From the NCBI GenBank assembly GCA_037305845.1, contig CP147778.1, positions 2,048,001-2,112,000 on the forward strand: a DNA stretch of 64,000 nt, read 5' to 3'. Position numbers and translations under genes: made by a program. Numbering within the stretch: position 1 is the stretch's first letter; each line of letters starts with the position of its first letter. The DNA is from Candidatus Freyarchaeum deiterrae. GTDB lineage: Archaea > Asgardarchaeota > Jordiarchaeia > Jordiarchaeales > Jordiarchaeaceae. Of the stretch, positions 28,561 to 38,932 are shown one piece after another. A model generated the notes under the pieces. It had not been told where the DNA came from and searched no databases. It worked only from the letters and a program-made list of their open reading frames with translations.

Positions 28561-29727
28561 TTGGCTGATCTTCGTCCTTGGGTTTTGGAGAGTCACATAT
28601 CCCAGATTGCTTCTGAGATTCAAGAAGTGGAACTAGGCCGCAAAAGGCTCGCTGAGACGTTCCGTAGGATCAAGGGGAAGGATATTTTCGACTTGGTGCC
28701 GAGTAACATAGTTCTGGATGTATTCGAGAAGAAGTCAACTTATCCTGTCAATCTCACGAATCTTGAGGGATTAAAGGTCGCCGCTGTAGATGGTGGAATG
28801 ATAAGCAGAACTCTTCACGGAGTCGACTTAATGCTTATCAGAGCAGTTGCTGCAATCTTTGCTTACGGATCTGAGGGACGGGTTCAGGTAGAGTATTTTC
28901 CAAAGGAGTATCCCCCCCCAGCAATTGTTTCCAATTTAGAGCCTCTGTCCAGAGGTGACTTTGAAGTATCCGCGTCATTGGAGCGTTTGCAAGCTGAGAT
29001 AAAGGTGGCCATTGATTGCCAGATGCAGCACCCGATGGATATCCTTATTCTGGACGGAGCGATACTGCCTCTGGCGAGTGATAGACCCTCATCACCGTTA
29101 CTGTTTAAGAAATATGAAAATGTAGTAAAATCATACGAAAAACTTTACAAGGTATCTTCTGATAATGGAATTCTCCTCGTGGGAGTAGTCAAGGACAGTA
29201 GAAGCATTAGGTTTATCCAAATACTTTCCCGATTGGCGCCCCTGCTCATAGACAAAGTTGAAGAACTCAGAGAGTTGTTGTCATTCGATTATCGAAGAAT
29301 AATCCAACGTTCCAGAGACACGGAATTTTTGTACCGTTTTCTTGACGTTGGAGAAAGAACACCGATCTTGAAGTACGTGGAAAGCAACGAAAAGTACGCC
29401 CCATTAAAGGACCTCAGACCGGAATGGGCGGAAAAACTCAACATTTTTTACCTTAAACCAGTTGAACTAGACACCCCTCTAAGAATCGAGTACCTCTCAG
29501 ACGAGCCGAACAACCTAAACCCAAAAATAGTCCAAAAAATCTCCTCACTCATCTACTCCCTGTCCTGCCACAATGCAGAACTCGGACTACCCTCAGTACA
29601 GGTTGAAGCCCATTACCAAGCCAGGCTACTAGAAACCGACTTGGACTTTGTATACGATCAAATAATACAGAAAACGGGTATGAATAACATTTCACTTATG
29701 ACGCTCAGAAAAACGTATGGTTTATAA
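28561..29727 (+). CDS. nurA: DNA double-strand break repair nuclease NurA
   Basis: AAVDGG, ILDGAI, VGVVKDSRS and GLPSVQVEAHYQARL motifs; adjacent to herA. Confidence 0.88.
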   Translation: MADLRPWVLESHISQIASEIQEVELGRKRLAETFRRIKGKDIFDLVPSNIVLDVFEKKSTYPVNLTNLEGLKVAAVDGGMISRTLHGVDLMLIRAVAAIFAYGSEGRVQVEYFPKEYPPPAIVSNLEPLSRGDFEVSASLERLQAEIKVAIDCQMQHPMDILILDGAILPLASDRPSSPLLFKKYENVVKSYEKLYKVSSDNGILLVGVVKDSRSIRFIQILSRLAPLLIDKVEELRELLSFDYRRIIQRSRDTEFLYRFLDVGERTPILKYVESNEKYAPLKDLRPEWAEKLNIFYLKPVELDTPLRIEYLSDEPNNLNPKIVQKISSLIYSLSCHNAELGLPSVQVEAHYQARLLETDLDFVYDQIIQKTGMNNISLMTLRKTYGL

Positions 29728-29817
29728 TTCTAACTTCACCAATTTAAGAAGAGAGAGATATCGATAAGATATGTTTAAATTAATTTGCTATTAGAGTTTT
29801 TGTGAGGAGCATCGGGA

Positions 29818-31338
29818 ATGAACTTCATAGGTACTATAATAACTTCAATTTATCCACCTGGCCCAACCACTACAGATTTCAGCTTCGTGGTTACCAATAA
29901 TGAGCCAATTCCTGTTAGGAAGGGTCAGTTTGTTCAAATTAATACTGAAGATGGCTTACTATTGGGCATGGTTCAAGAGATACTTAAAACAAACCGCTTC
30001 TACTCACACCCAGAGTACGTGAAGGAGTATGAGCGCGGAGGCCAACCCTTAACCTCGATTTTTCCCTGTGATAGATGGGATATGCTTATCGCGAACGCGA
30101 AACCCTTGGGTGTTTTCACCAACGGAACTTTTGACAAGGTAAGTTTTCCCCCGTCACCCGGCGAGAAAGTTTACATAGCTGATGACGAAGTTCTTATAAA
30201 TTTACTCGGCCTCGATGTCGAAAACGGACTGAATCTGGGAAACCTGCGTTTCCACGACGTGCCTGCCTCCTTGAACATGACTAAACTGTTGCAGAAACAC
30301 CTAGCCGTTCTGGCTATGAGTGGTAGTGGAAAATCCTATCTCGCCTCGGTACTAATCGAAGAGCTACTATCAAGAAAAGCTGAGAGCGGAAGGGTTGCGG
30401 TGGTCATTATTGATGTTCACGGTGAATACTCCTCACTCGCCAATAAACCCAGTAAAGACAGCCAATTCGATATTTCAGATAAAGTAATTGTTATAAAGAG
30501 CCCTTTCATACAATTCGCTACCCCCCTGATATCCAATAGATGGTTCGGAACCTTCCAGCCGGAAATGTCGCCCATACAAATACGCGAACTAGGCAGAATC
30601 ATTGGTGAAATTAGAAAAGCGCACCGCGAAAAACCGTACTCTCTAACGGATCTGTTAACCCATATAGAAAGTGATGGAAAAATAGGACAGAGGACAAAAG
30701 AGGCACTTCTGGGCTGGTTATACGCTCTCGAGGATACGAAACTCTTTGGAGCAGAAGAAGCCCCTGATTTAGAGAACCTAGTTAAACCCGGCCAAGCAGT
30801 TGTCTTGGACTTAAGTGACACCACCAGTCTCAAGAAAAAGCAGTTAATCGTAACCTACATCGCATCCCGATTATTCGGTCTCAGAAGAAGAGGCAAAATC
30901 CCACCATTCACAATGATTCTTGAGGAAGCGCACCAATTCTGCCCACAGGCCAGGCAGGAACTAGCAATTTCACAAAGCATTATAGAGCAAATAGCAAGAG
31001 AAGGAAGAAAATTCTACGCTTCACTCCTTCTTATAAGTCAAAGACCGGTAAGATTATCGACCACTGTTCTAAGCCAAGCCAATACCCACATTATACTAAG
31101 GATTTCAAATCCCAACGACTTGGACACTATAAAAGCAGGCTCAGAGATGATAACCTCCGATACAGTTGGTATGATCTCCAGCCTTCCCGTTGGAGAGGCG
31201 CTTATTGTGGGAAGCGCTGTTAACTATCCCATTTTTGTTAAAATCAGACAACGCTACACCAAAGAGTCTGCCTACGAAGCGAATCTGGAAAAAGCGGCTA
31301 AAACATACGAAGAATATTCACCCACAGAAGCAAAATAA
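29818..31338 (+). CDS. herA: HerA helicase/ATPase
   Basis: N-terminal HAS barrel, HLAVLAMSGSGKS, IIDVHGEY, LEEAHQF, AREGRKF, ISQRP and SQANT motifs. Confidence 0.9.
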   Translation: MNFIGTIITSIYPPGPTTTDFSFVVTNNEPIPVRKGQFVQINTEDGLLLGMVQEILKTNRFYSHPEYVKEYERGGQPLTSIFPCDRWDMLIANAKPLGVFTNGTFDKVSFPPSPGEKVYIADDEVLINLLGLDVENGLNLGNLRFHDVPASLNMTKLLQKHLAVLAMSGSGKSYLASVLIEELLSRKAESGRVAVVIIDVHGEYSSLANKPSKDSQFDISDKVIVIKSPFIQFATPLISNRWFGTFQPEMSPIQIRELGRIIGEIRKAHREKPYSLTDLLTHIESDGKIGQRTKEALLGWLYALEDTKLFGAEEAPDLENLVKPGQAVVLDLSDTTSLKKKQLIVTYIASRLFGLRRRGKIPPFTMILEEAHQFCPQARQELAISQSIIEQIAREGRKFYASLLLISQRPVRLSTTVLSQANTHIILRISNPNDLDTIKAGSEMITSDTVGMISSLPVGEALIVGSAVNYPIFVKIRQRYTKESAYEANLEKAAKTYEEYSPTEAK

Positions 31339-31457
31339 ATCGGTTCTTTGATTTTAATAGATGCTTTAATTTTAAATTGTGAACAAACCCACAAATTTAT
31401 TTATATTAGCAATCTAACCAAATGTAATAAACTGAAAGACACGGGGAGTTTAATGTT

Positions 31458-32453
31458 ATGAGTCTAGATTTTGGTGAAGGAGTGGACAAAGTCAGAGTTA
31501 GGGTTTTAACGGAAAACACAACCGACATCACGCTTCTAACAGATCAAAAATTCAGAGACAAGGTACAACAACCCGGTCCCTCAACAGTAATGTGTTTAGC
31601 TGAACACGGTTTAGCAATGCTTATTGAGGTAACCGAGGGAGATTCTTTTCATACATTCTTGCTAGATGCTGGTGGTCCATTAGGTTCAATTGCTAACAAC
31701 ACGAAATTTCTACAAATTGACCCCAAAAAGATTGAAAAATTCGTTCTTTCACACGGTCACTTTGATCATTTCGGAGGTCTCAATCATATTATCAATCAGT
31801 TTTCTCAAGGAACAGAAATCATAGTAGCTAAAAACGCGTTTTTGCCCAAATGGGCACTCATGGGTGAATTACTAGACAAATCCATAAAACTTGATAAAGA
31901 AAAATTTGAGCAATTCCAAAAAGAACAAAAAATCAGACAGCTACCCGGGCTCAACAAAGACCTATTCAATGAACAGATAAAAAACAACAATTTAAAATTA
32001 GTAGAAACGAGCAAAACTATCCAGTTGACTCCAGGGGTCTGGACCAGCGGTGAAATAGAAACTCCAATTAAAGAAGAATTAACCACTGGATTATACGTCC
32101 AAAAAAACGGTGAAATTCTCTTCGATGATTTCAGAGACGAAATCTCAATTTTCATTAATGTTAAAAAAAAGGGTCTGATTATCCTTACCGGATGCGGACA
32201 TACGGGAATAATGAACACGGTGAAAATGGCGCAAAAACTCTCTGGAATAAACAAAATCTACTCGTTGATTGGTGGCTATCACATGAATTGGGCAAGTAAA
32301 GAGAGAATTGACAAGACTGTGGGCTTCCTTAAAAAATTGAACCCCGAAATTTTATGCGCAATGCATTGTTCCGGATTCAATTTTACAGCTAGACTTATGA
32401 ACGAGATTCCGAACTCAGTTCTAGGAATAGTAGGTACTGTTTTCAACCTCTAA
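31458..32453 (+). CDS. MBL-fold metallo-hydrolase (MJ0301-like dihydropterin/RFA-P synthase family)
   Basis: AEHGLAM, LLDAG, SHGHFDHFGG, TGCGHTG, IGGYH and MHCSG motifs. Confidence 0.85.
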   Translation: MSLDFGEGVDKVRVRVLTENTTDITLLTDQKFRDKVQQPGPSTVMCLAEHGLAMLIEVTEGDSFHTFLLDAGGPLGSIANNTKFLQIDPKKIEKFVLSHGHFDHFGGLNHIINQFSQGTEIIVAKNAFLPKWALMGELLDKSIKLDKEKFEQFQKEQKIRQLPGLNKDLFNEQIKNNNLKLVETSKTIQLTPGVWTSGEIETPIKEELTTGLYVQKNGEILFDDFRDEISIFINVKKKGLIILTGCGHTGIMNTVKMAQKLSGINKIYSLIGGYHMNWASKERIDKTVGFLKKLNPEILCAMHCSGFNFTARLMNEIPNSVLGIVGTVFNL

Positions 32454-32693
32454 CAATTAGTTAAAAAACAAAAATACACTTCACACTATCTCGATTTTAA
32501 TTTAGACCAAGTTGCCAAGTCACTATATATTATAGAAGCTCTAGAAACAGAAGGGAAGAAGCGAAATTCCCTTATCCAAAAAGGGAACGTATTGCCGTTT
32601 TAATATGGACAGAAGGAAAACTCTAATATAGCGAGGTTCATACTTCAAACGCTGCCCTCCCTTTTTGCTACGCGTTGGGGAAATTTTCTTTTT

Positions 32694-32969
32694 TTAAGAA
32701 ATGATAATTTGAATTTTTTCTATGGCTGGTTCACATACTTTCCTTACGCCGTGTTCCCCAGGTTCATAGTGAGATTTCAGCAGTCCGGCTTTTTCTAAGA
32801 TTTTGACCTGAGCCGAAACATTGGCTTCTGTCTGTTTGAGGGTTTCAGCTATTCTGCTAACGTCCATCTTTTTTTCTCTGAGGAGTCTTAAAATCTCCCA
32901 TCTTGTTTGGGACGCTAGGGCTTTTGCAATTTTAGCTACTTCTTCATTTTTAACAGTCAGTTCTGACAT
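32694..32969 (-). CDS. ArsR-family HTH transcriptional regulator
   Basis: AKALASQTRWEILRLL, ANVSAQVKILEKAGLL, PGEHGVRKVC. GGTGAGG SD before ATG 32969. Confidence 0.88.
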   Translation of the reverse strand: MSELTVKNEEVAKIAKALASQTRWEILRLLREKKMDVSRIAETLKQTEANVSAQVKILEKAGLLKSHYEPGEHGVRKVCEPAIEKIQIIIS

Positions 32970-33459
32970 TATCCTCACCATTTTTTAATTTTACTTAAAA
33001 AGATAGTATATTATAATTCTTTATAAATTTATCCTATTTAACAATATATTTTTAGTATATCCTTTATGTAATACAATTTCTTATGAAATTAGTACTTTAA
33101 ATCCTCAACTTTTTTCTCTTTAGTATACCTTTAAAATTTTCACATATGTTTAAGTATGTTTATTTTACCTTTTTTCATTTGATTAATTTAACTTTCAAAC
33201 CAATTTCTTAATTTGATAATTTGTATACCAAAAGCAAAATTTTTAATTTTAATATTTATCGCTAAGAATTAGCAAAAAAGTCCAATTCATTTAACGCTTT
33301 GGCACTTTAAAATCTAATAATTAGGTTCAACTTCTTTCTCTTTAGCCACGCCGTGTCCCCTACAAAAAAATGGTAATAGAAGAAGTTGATAACTTCCAGA
33401 TTCGATAGAGCTTATCATTTTATTGCTGGGTCTCGCTTTCTTACTTTTCACTAATTAGC

Positions 33460-33969
33460 TTACCAGTGTTCATATCGTACCAGTTCAGACAAATTTTTGC
33501 GTTTCTTCGCCCCCGGCTTATCAGCTGGATACCCTAGAGGTGTGAAAACTATAGGTTCCACTCCTTCAGGCAGTCTCAGCACTTCCCGTGCCGCCGAGGT
33601 GTCGAAGGTAGCAATCCAGCATGTGCCGAGTCCCAGTTCCGTGGCCGCTAGGATCAGGTGATCCATGGCAATGGCCACATCCACCTCGCAGTAGTTCTTA
33701 TCATCCCACCGTGTCCAAGCTTTCGACGGGATTCCACAGGCACAAATGACTACCGGTGCTTTGAAGAAATAATCCGCCTTGCAAATACGCCTCAACTCCT
33801 GTTCCCGTCCTGCTGTGTGTACAGCAATGAACTGAAAAGGCTGCAGGTTAACTGCTGATGGGGCTAGACGCGCCGCATCAAGCACCTGCTGCAGCTTTTC
33901 ATCCTCGACTGGAGTAGTTTGAAACTTCCGAACACTATATCTTTTTTTGATCAATTCACTGAAATCCAT
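33460..33969 (-). CDS. Nitroreductase family protein
   Basis: RYSVRKF, APSAVNLQP, LAATELGLGTCWI and PLGYP motifs. Confidence 0.92.
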   Translation of the reverse strand: MDFSELIKKRYSVRKFQTTPVEDEKLQQVLDAARLAPSAVNLQPFQFIAVHTAGREQELRRICKADYFFKAPVVICACGIPSKAWTRWDDKNYCEVDVAIAMDHLILAATELGLGTCWIATFDTSAAREVLRLPEGVEPIVFTPLGYPADKPGAKKRKNLSELVRYEHW

Positions 33970-34268
33970 TATACTCCTCCTTTTTCAATTCTATTCCACT
34001 TTTGGCTTAGCTTTTCCTTATAATAGTTGATAATAGCATTGACCAGATTGACAGCCCCTAAACATGGATATGCAAAAATCCTCGATTCGATTCTCCCATT
34101 TTGTAACTAGTAAATTATTACATACTTATAGTGAAAAAGAATTTTTTTAACACTTGCCCTTGAATGACTACTGGTAATAGTAGTTTAAACTCACTTTCAG
34201 GAAAAAGGAAAATAAAGAGAAATTTAGAAAAAGTACATTATTATTGAAACTAAAAAAGCTACTATACA

Positions 34269-35609
34269 TTAAAGTACTGGCAGATACTTTGACCACTCCC
34301 AGCTTGTTACCGTCATAGTGAATTCTTTCCATTCTTCCTTTTTTCCTTCGATGAATCTAGTGAAAACATGTTCTCCTAATGCTTCTTTGGCTATCGCACT
34401 TTTTTCTGTAAGTTCTATTGCCTCGCCAAGTGATCCTGGGAGTTGATCGATGTAAAACTCTTTTAATTTTGCTTCATCAAATTCATAAACATCTTCGTCC
34501 ACTGGGTCTGGTGGTTCTATCTTATTTTTCATTCCTTCAAGACCCGCCTTGAGCATCACTGCGAATGCTAGATAGGGATTACATGAAGAGTCTGGACACC
34601 GAAGCTCTACTCTTAGAGATTTTTCTCTTCCTAGGAAGTATTCGGGAACCCTTATCAAAGCCGATCTGTTTCTTCGCCCCCAGCAGATGTAGACTGGTGC
34701 CTCATATCCCGGAACTAGTCTTTTGTAGGAGTTTACTGTAGGTGCTAATATTGATATTATCTCTTTTATGTATTTTAGCTGACCGCCGATGAAGTAAAGT
34801 GCGTTTTCAGAAAGGCTGTATTTTCCGCTTTTATCAAAGAAAGCGTTTTTATCCTTGTTCCAAAGACTCTCATGAACGTGCATCCCAGAGCCATTTATCC
34901 CGAAGAGTGGCTTTGGCATAAATGATGCAAAGAGGTTATGCTTTTTGGCGATGGCCTTTAATACATATTTATAAGTTAATACGGCATCCGCAACGCGTAA
35001 AGCATCACCATACCTGAAGTCGATTTCATGCTGTCCGGGCGCCACCTCATGGTGCCCCATCTCAACCTGTATCCCCATCTCTCCAAGAGTAGCTGCCGCT
35101 TCTCCACGAACATCGAACGCTAAGTCTAGAGGCGCGAGATCGAAGTAGCCTCCTTTGTCTTGAGGCACAGGCTCTAGTCCGTCTAATTGTTTGAATAGGA
35201 AGAATTCTAATTCTGGTCCTACTAAGTAATTAAATCCCATTTTCTTTGCTTCATCTAGGCTTCTTTTTAGAATGTTTCTAGGGTCTCCTTCAAACGGTTT
35301 ACCCTCAGGTCGATACACATCACAAAAAATTGTGGCCACTTTTTTATCTGTTATTCTTGGAGATAGTATCGTGAAGGATGAAGGATCAGGAATTAATCTC
35401 ATGTCGCTTTCATAGATTCTTGCGAATCCCTCTACCGAGGATCCGTCAAAGCCTACACCGTTATCTAAAGCTTCCTCTATTTCTCTAGGAGGAATTGCGC
35501 AAGTTTTTGGGGTGCCGAATATATCTACAAATTGTAAGGTTATGAGACTTATTTCATTTGAACTCACTTTCTCAATTATCTGTTGCTTCAGTTCTTCTTT
35601 GGATTGCAT
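34269..35609 (-). CDS. glnA: Glutamine synthetase type I (alpha-like)
   Basis: FDGSSVEG, GPELEFF, HHEVAPGQHEI, FMPKP..NGSGMH, SYKRLVPGYEAP, NRSALIRVP and ELRCPD motifs. Confidence 0.94.
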   Translation of the reverse strand: MQSKEELKQQIIEKVSSNEISLITLQFVDIFGTPKTCAIPPREIEEALDNGVGFDGSSVEGFARIYESDMRLIPDPSSFTILSPRITDKKVATIFCDVYRPEGKPFEGDPRNILKRSLDEAKKMGFNYLVGPELEFFLFKQLDGLEPVPQDKGGYFDLAPLDLAFDVRGEAAATLGEMGIQVEMGHHEVAPGQHEIDFRYGDALRVADAVLTYKYVLKAIAKKHNLFASFMPKPLFGINGSGMHVHESLWNKDKNAFFDKSGKYSLSENALYFIGGQLKYIKEIISILAPTVNSYKRLVPGYEAPVYICWGRRNRSALIRVPEYFLGREKSLRVELRCPDSSCNPYLAFAVMLKAGLEGMKNKIEPPDPVDEDVYEFDEAKLKEFYIDQLPGSLGEAIELTEKSAIAKEALGEHVFTRFIEGKKEEWKEFTMTVTSWEWSKYLPVL

Positions 35610-35630
35610 TTCTTCCACCTTTATACTAGA

Positions 35631-35741
35631 TTTTGTAATTCTCTTTTTAATGTAGTAACTGATATGATTATATTTTTAAATATTTATCAGGTTCTGTAAC
35701 TTTTTTTTAATGTAGTAACTGGTATAATTATATCTATAAAT
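35631..35741. repeat. About 50-bp direct repeat with 60-bp period upstream of glnA (duplicated promoter)
   Basis: tttttaatgtagtaactg-tat-attatat-t-taaat occurs at 35644-35681 and 35704-35741. Confidence 0.85.
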
Positions 35742-35870
35742 TTCTGTTTTTTCTGAATAAATGTTTACCAATTATGATTTCTACTGAACATATATCCAAA
35801 AAGCCCTTATTGTTTAGATTAAAACGTCTAGTAATTGGGAGTTAAAAGAAGATATAAAAATAGAATGCAG

Positions 35871-36314
35871 TTATAAGAGTTCAAAATTTTCTTTTATAGT
35901 GTTTAAAACCACATGCGTGTTGGCTCTTTGCACGTTAGGGATTGCCAATATACTTTTTGTGAAGTTACTAAGCTCATTTCTATCTCTAAACTTAGCAATG
36001 ATAATTGCATCGACCTCTCCGGTTACATCGTACACCGCGCAAGTGGAGGGATTTTTAGAGATCTCTTTGTCCGCATCAAGCATTTTGCCTTGAGAAACAG
36101 TAATTTCGGTTACCACCGTTAGGTCAAATCCGAGTTTTTCATGATCTAAAACAGCGGTGTAACCTTTAATTACTCCCTCTTCTTCCATCTTTTTAGTTCT
36201 GGATACAACAGTTCCCACAGATACACCAATTTTTTTCGCTATCTCTCTATGAGATTGTCTTGAGTTTTCGAGTATTTCTTTTAGTATTTTCTTATCGATG
36301 TCATCTATAGTCAA
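35871..36314 (-). CDS. Lrp/AsnC family transcriptional regulator
   Basis: IDDIDKKIL...SRQSHREIAKKIGVSVGTV HTH and VYDVTGEVD RAM domain. Confidence 0.93.
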   Translation of the reverse strand: MTIDDIDKKILKEILENSRQSHREIAKKIGVSVGTVVSRTKKMEEEGVIKGYTAVLDHEKLGFDLTVVTEITVSQGKMLDADKEISKNPSTCAVYDVTGEVDAIIIAKFRDRNELSNFTKSILAIPNVQRANTHVVLNTIKENFELL

Positions 36315-36375
36315 GGATTATAACACCCCTAAAACGACTTACCGTATTCAAATACTTAATATTTTTCCGGAATAG

Positions 36376-36389
36376 TGAACAAATGTTCA
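36376..36389. promoter_or_regulatory. Palindromic operator TGAACA-AA-TGTTCA upstream of the Lrp gene
   Basis: Perfect 6-2-6 inverted repeat; degenerate copies lie upstream of both glnA genes. Confidence 0.55.
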
Positions 36390-36600
36390 AAACCAATTCA
36401 TACTAGTTGATTTGATACCTATAATTTTTTTTATTTTAACAATCAGACAGCATAGTGGCTACTGAAATGTGGCAGACTTTTTATCAAGTTTTTAAAATTA
36501 GAGTAGTAGTTATAAACCCTTATTATCTTCATAATTTAGGAGGTTAATATATAAAAGCCCCAAAATAATAGTGTGTTGCTTTTAATTGGAGGTTTTTAGG

Positions 36601-37629
36601 TTGGACGAAGAAATACAGGTGTGGACTGAAAAGTATAGGCCTAAACAGCTGAATCAGATAGTGAATCAGAAGGAGATTAAGAGTCGTTTAGAGAGTTTCG
36701 TTGCTCAAAGGGATCTGCCGCATTGTCTCTTTGCGGGTCCTCCTGGTACTGGAAAGACTACAGCGGCTCTTTGTCTGGCTCATGGAATGTTCGGAGAATA
36801 TGTTCAAGGTAATTTTCTTGAGCTGAATGCTAGTGACGCCCGAGGAATTGATGTGATTAGGACTACCGTTAAAGATTTTGCTAGAACCATGTCTATGGGT
36901 GATATTCCATTTAAGATTCTGGTTTTGGATGAAGCTGACGCGCTCACCACAGAGGCTCAGCAGGCTCTGAGACGTACTATGGAACGCTTCACACGTACAT
37001 GCCGTTTCATTTTAATTGTGAATTATTCCAGTAGGATAATTGAACCCATACAGTCTAGGTGTGCCCTATTCCGTTTTCCTCGCCTTAGTAGAGAGGATAT
37101 CGCAGGTATGCTTAAAACCATCTCTGATAAAGAGGGTGTGAAGCTTGAGGATGATGGGATTGAGGCGGTTTTGTATGTTTCCGAGGGGGATATGCGAAAG
37201 GCGATTAACACTCTTCAGGCTGCTTCCGCTTATGGCGAATCGGTTAATGCGGACTCGGTATACAAAGTTACTGGTAAGGCGAGACCTGAGGAAGTTAGGG
37301 AGATGTTGGAATTATCTCTAAAGGGAGATTTTGTTCAAGCTAGAGAAAAATTACATGAACTTTTGATAAACTATGGTCTCTCAGGAGTTGATGTTGTTAG
37401 ACAGGTGCACCGAGAAACTTTTAACATTGAGATTCCGGAAACTTGGAAGGTGCGTATAGCAAATATTGTGGGCGAAATTGATTTTCGCATGAGTGAAGGG
37501 GCTAATGAGGAGATTCAGCTAAGCGCTTTACTCGCCCAATTCAGTCTTGCTGGTCAGGAAATAGAAGAAGAGGAAGAAGTAGCTGAAGAAGAGGCGGGAA
37601 AGAAGAAGGAGAAGTCGAAGAAGAATTGA
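36601..37629 (+). CDS. rfcS: Replication factor C small subunit
   Basis: WTEKYRP, GPPGTGKTT, LELNASDARG, LDEADAL and PIQSRC motifs. GGAGGT SD before TTG 36601. Confidence 0.95.
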   Translation: MDEEIQVWTEKYRPKQLNQIVNQKEIKSRLESFVAQRDLPHCLFAGPPGTGKTTAALCLAHGMFGEYVQGNFLELNASDARGIDVIRTTVKDFARTMSMGDIPFKILVLDEADALTTEAQQALRRTMERFTRTCRFILIVNYSSRIIEPIQSRCALFRFPRLSREDIAGMLKTISDKEGVKLEDDGIEAVLYVSEGDMRKAINTLQAASAYGESVNADSVYKVTGKARPEEVREMLELSLKGDFVQAREKLHELLINYGLSGVDVVRQVHRETFNIEIPETWKVRIANIVGEIDFRMSEGANEEIQLSALLAQFSLAGQEIEEEEEVAEEEAGKKKEKSKKN

Positions 37630-37657
37630 AAATAATGGGAAAAACTTAGAATAGGTA

Positions 37658-38929
37658 ATGGTGAGTTCAATGAGTTTACCTTGGACTGAAAAGTACAAGC
37701 CTCTCAAAATATCCGAGGTCGCAGGAAACGAAAAGGCGTTGTCTGAACTAGTGAATTTTTTGAGGGCTTGGAAAAGGGATGCGAGAAAAAAGGCTTTACT
37801 GCTGTACGGCTCTCCTGGAACTGGTAAGACGGTTTCTGTTTATGCGGCAGCCAAGGATTTGGGGTTTGAACTTGTGGAAGTAAACGCGAGTGATAAGAGG
37901 AACCTAGAGATGATTCAACGCACTATTGGATCTGCTGCAACCATGAGCTCACTGTTTCCAGTTAAGGGTAAGGTGTTACTAGTAGATGAGGTAGATGGGC
38001 TAAGTGGAACTGAGGATAGGGGAGGAGTCGGTGCAATAATATCGGTGATAAAGAGTTCTGAGTATCCTATTGTACTTACGGCTAATAATCCTTGGGACCC
38101 TAAATTCTCATCACTACGTGCATATTGCGAAATGATATCCTTTGATAAGATAAGAGCCCCTACTGTCCGCAAAGTGCTTCGGAGAATATGTGAGCGTGAG
38201 GGTATTCGAGTGGATGAACCCGTTTTAGAGGCTTTATCTACTAAAGCTGAGGGGGATTTGCGTGCTGCGATTAACGATTTACAAGCTTTGAGTCAGAATA
38301 AAACTGATTTAACAATAAAAGATGTAAAAATATACTCACGAGACAAAATAAAAAGCATATTTGAGGCACTAGGTAAAATGTTTGGGGGGAGTAAAGCCCA
38401 GTTGATTGTTAATGAGGTTTCTTCAACTGATGTGGATTATGAGCTAATGATACACTGGATCAATGAAAACATTCCTCAGCATATGAGCGATGCGAAAGAA
38501 CTGAGTGACGCTTATAATATGATATCTAGAGCGGATGTTTTTCTTGGCAGGATTAAAAGTAGACAACACTGGGGACTACTCTCATACGTTTTTGAACTCA
38601 TGTCCGCTGGAGTCTCTTTATCGAGAACGGTTAGTAAAACACACTATGTTAAGTACCAATTTCCTAGCTGGATAAGGAATTTGAGCAGAACCAGAGTCAC
38701 GCGTAGCAAATTATCATCCATAGGAATGAAGATAGGAAGTAAGTGTCATATCTCTTCATCTGGAGGGGTGGAGTATTATCTCCCGTATTTGGAAATAATT
38801 TTTCAAGCTGACCCTATAAGAGCTGCTAAAATATCTAAATTCTTCGAGTTCGAAGAGGAGCTTATTGAGAAAATTGCAGGCGATAAGAAGACGTACAACA
38901 AGATAATAAAAGAGTTAAAGAAGGAATGA
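37658..38929 (+). CDS. rfcL: Replication factor C large subunit
   Basis: PWTEKYKP, GSPGTGKT, EVNASDKR, VDEVDGL and GDLRAAINDLQ motifs; follows rfcS. Confidence 0.93.
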   Translation: MVSSMSLPWTEKYKPLKISEVAGNEKALSELVNFLRAWKRDARKKALLLYGSPGTGKTVSVYAAAKDLGFELVEVNASDKRNLEMIQRTIGSAATMSSLFPVKGKVLLVDEVDGLSGTEDRGGVGAIISVIKSSEYPIVLTANNPWDPKFSSLRAYCEMISFDKIRAPTVRKVLRRICEREGIRVDEPVLEALSTKAEGDLRAAINDLQALSQNKTDLTIKDVKIYSRDKIKSIFEALGKMFGGSKAQLIVNEVSSTDVDYELMIHWINENIPQHMSDAKELSDAYNMISRADVFLGRIKSRQHWGLLSYVFELMSAGVSLSRTVSKTHYVKYQFPSWIRNLSRTRVTRSKLSSIGMKIGSKCHISSSGGVEYYLPYLEIIFQADPIRAAKISKFFEFEEELIEKIAGDKKTYNKIIKELKKE

Positions 38930-38932
38930 GCG

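Noticed and set aside
28561-31338. NurA-HerA as an anti-phage defence system
   Set aside because: Both look like canonical archaeal repair proteins, with no Sir2/DUF4297-type effector or defence-island context.
32520-32690. Purine-rich stretch with a TTCCCTT/AAGGGAA hairpin as a possible ncRNA or MITE
   Set aside because: Single 7-bp stem, no terminal repeats, no second copy and no known RNA motif.
35631-35741. Direct repeat as a mini-CRISPR array
   Set aside because: Only two imperfect AT-rich copies with a spacer of about 10-20 bp, no cas genes, and it sits in a promoter.
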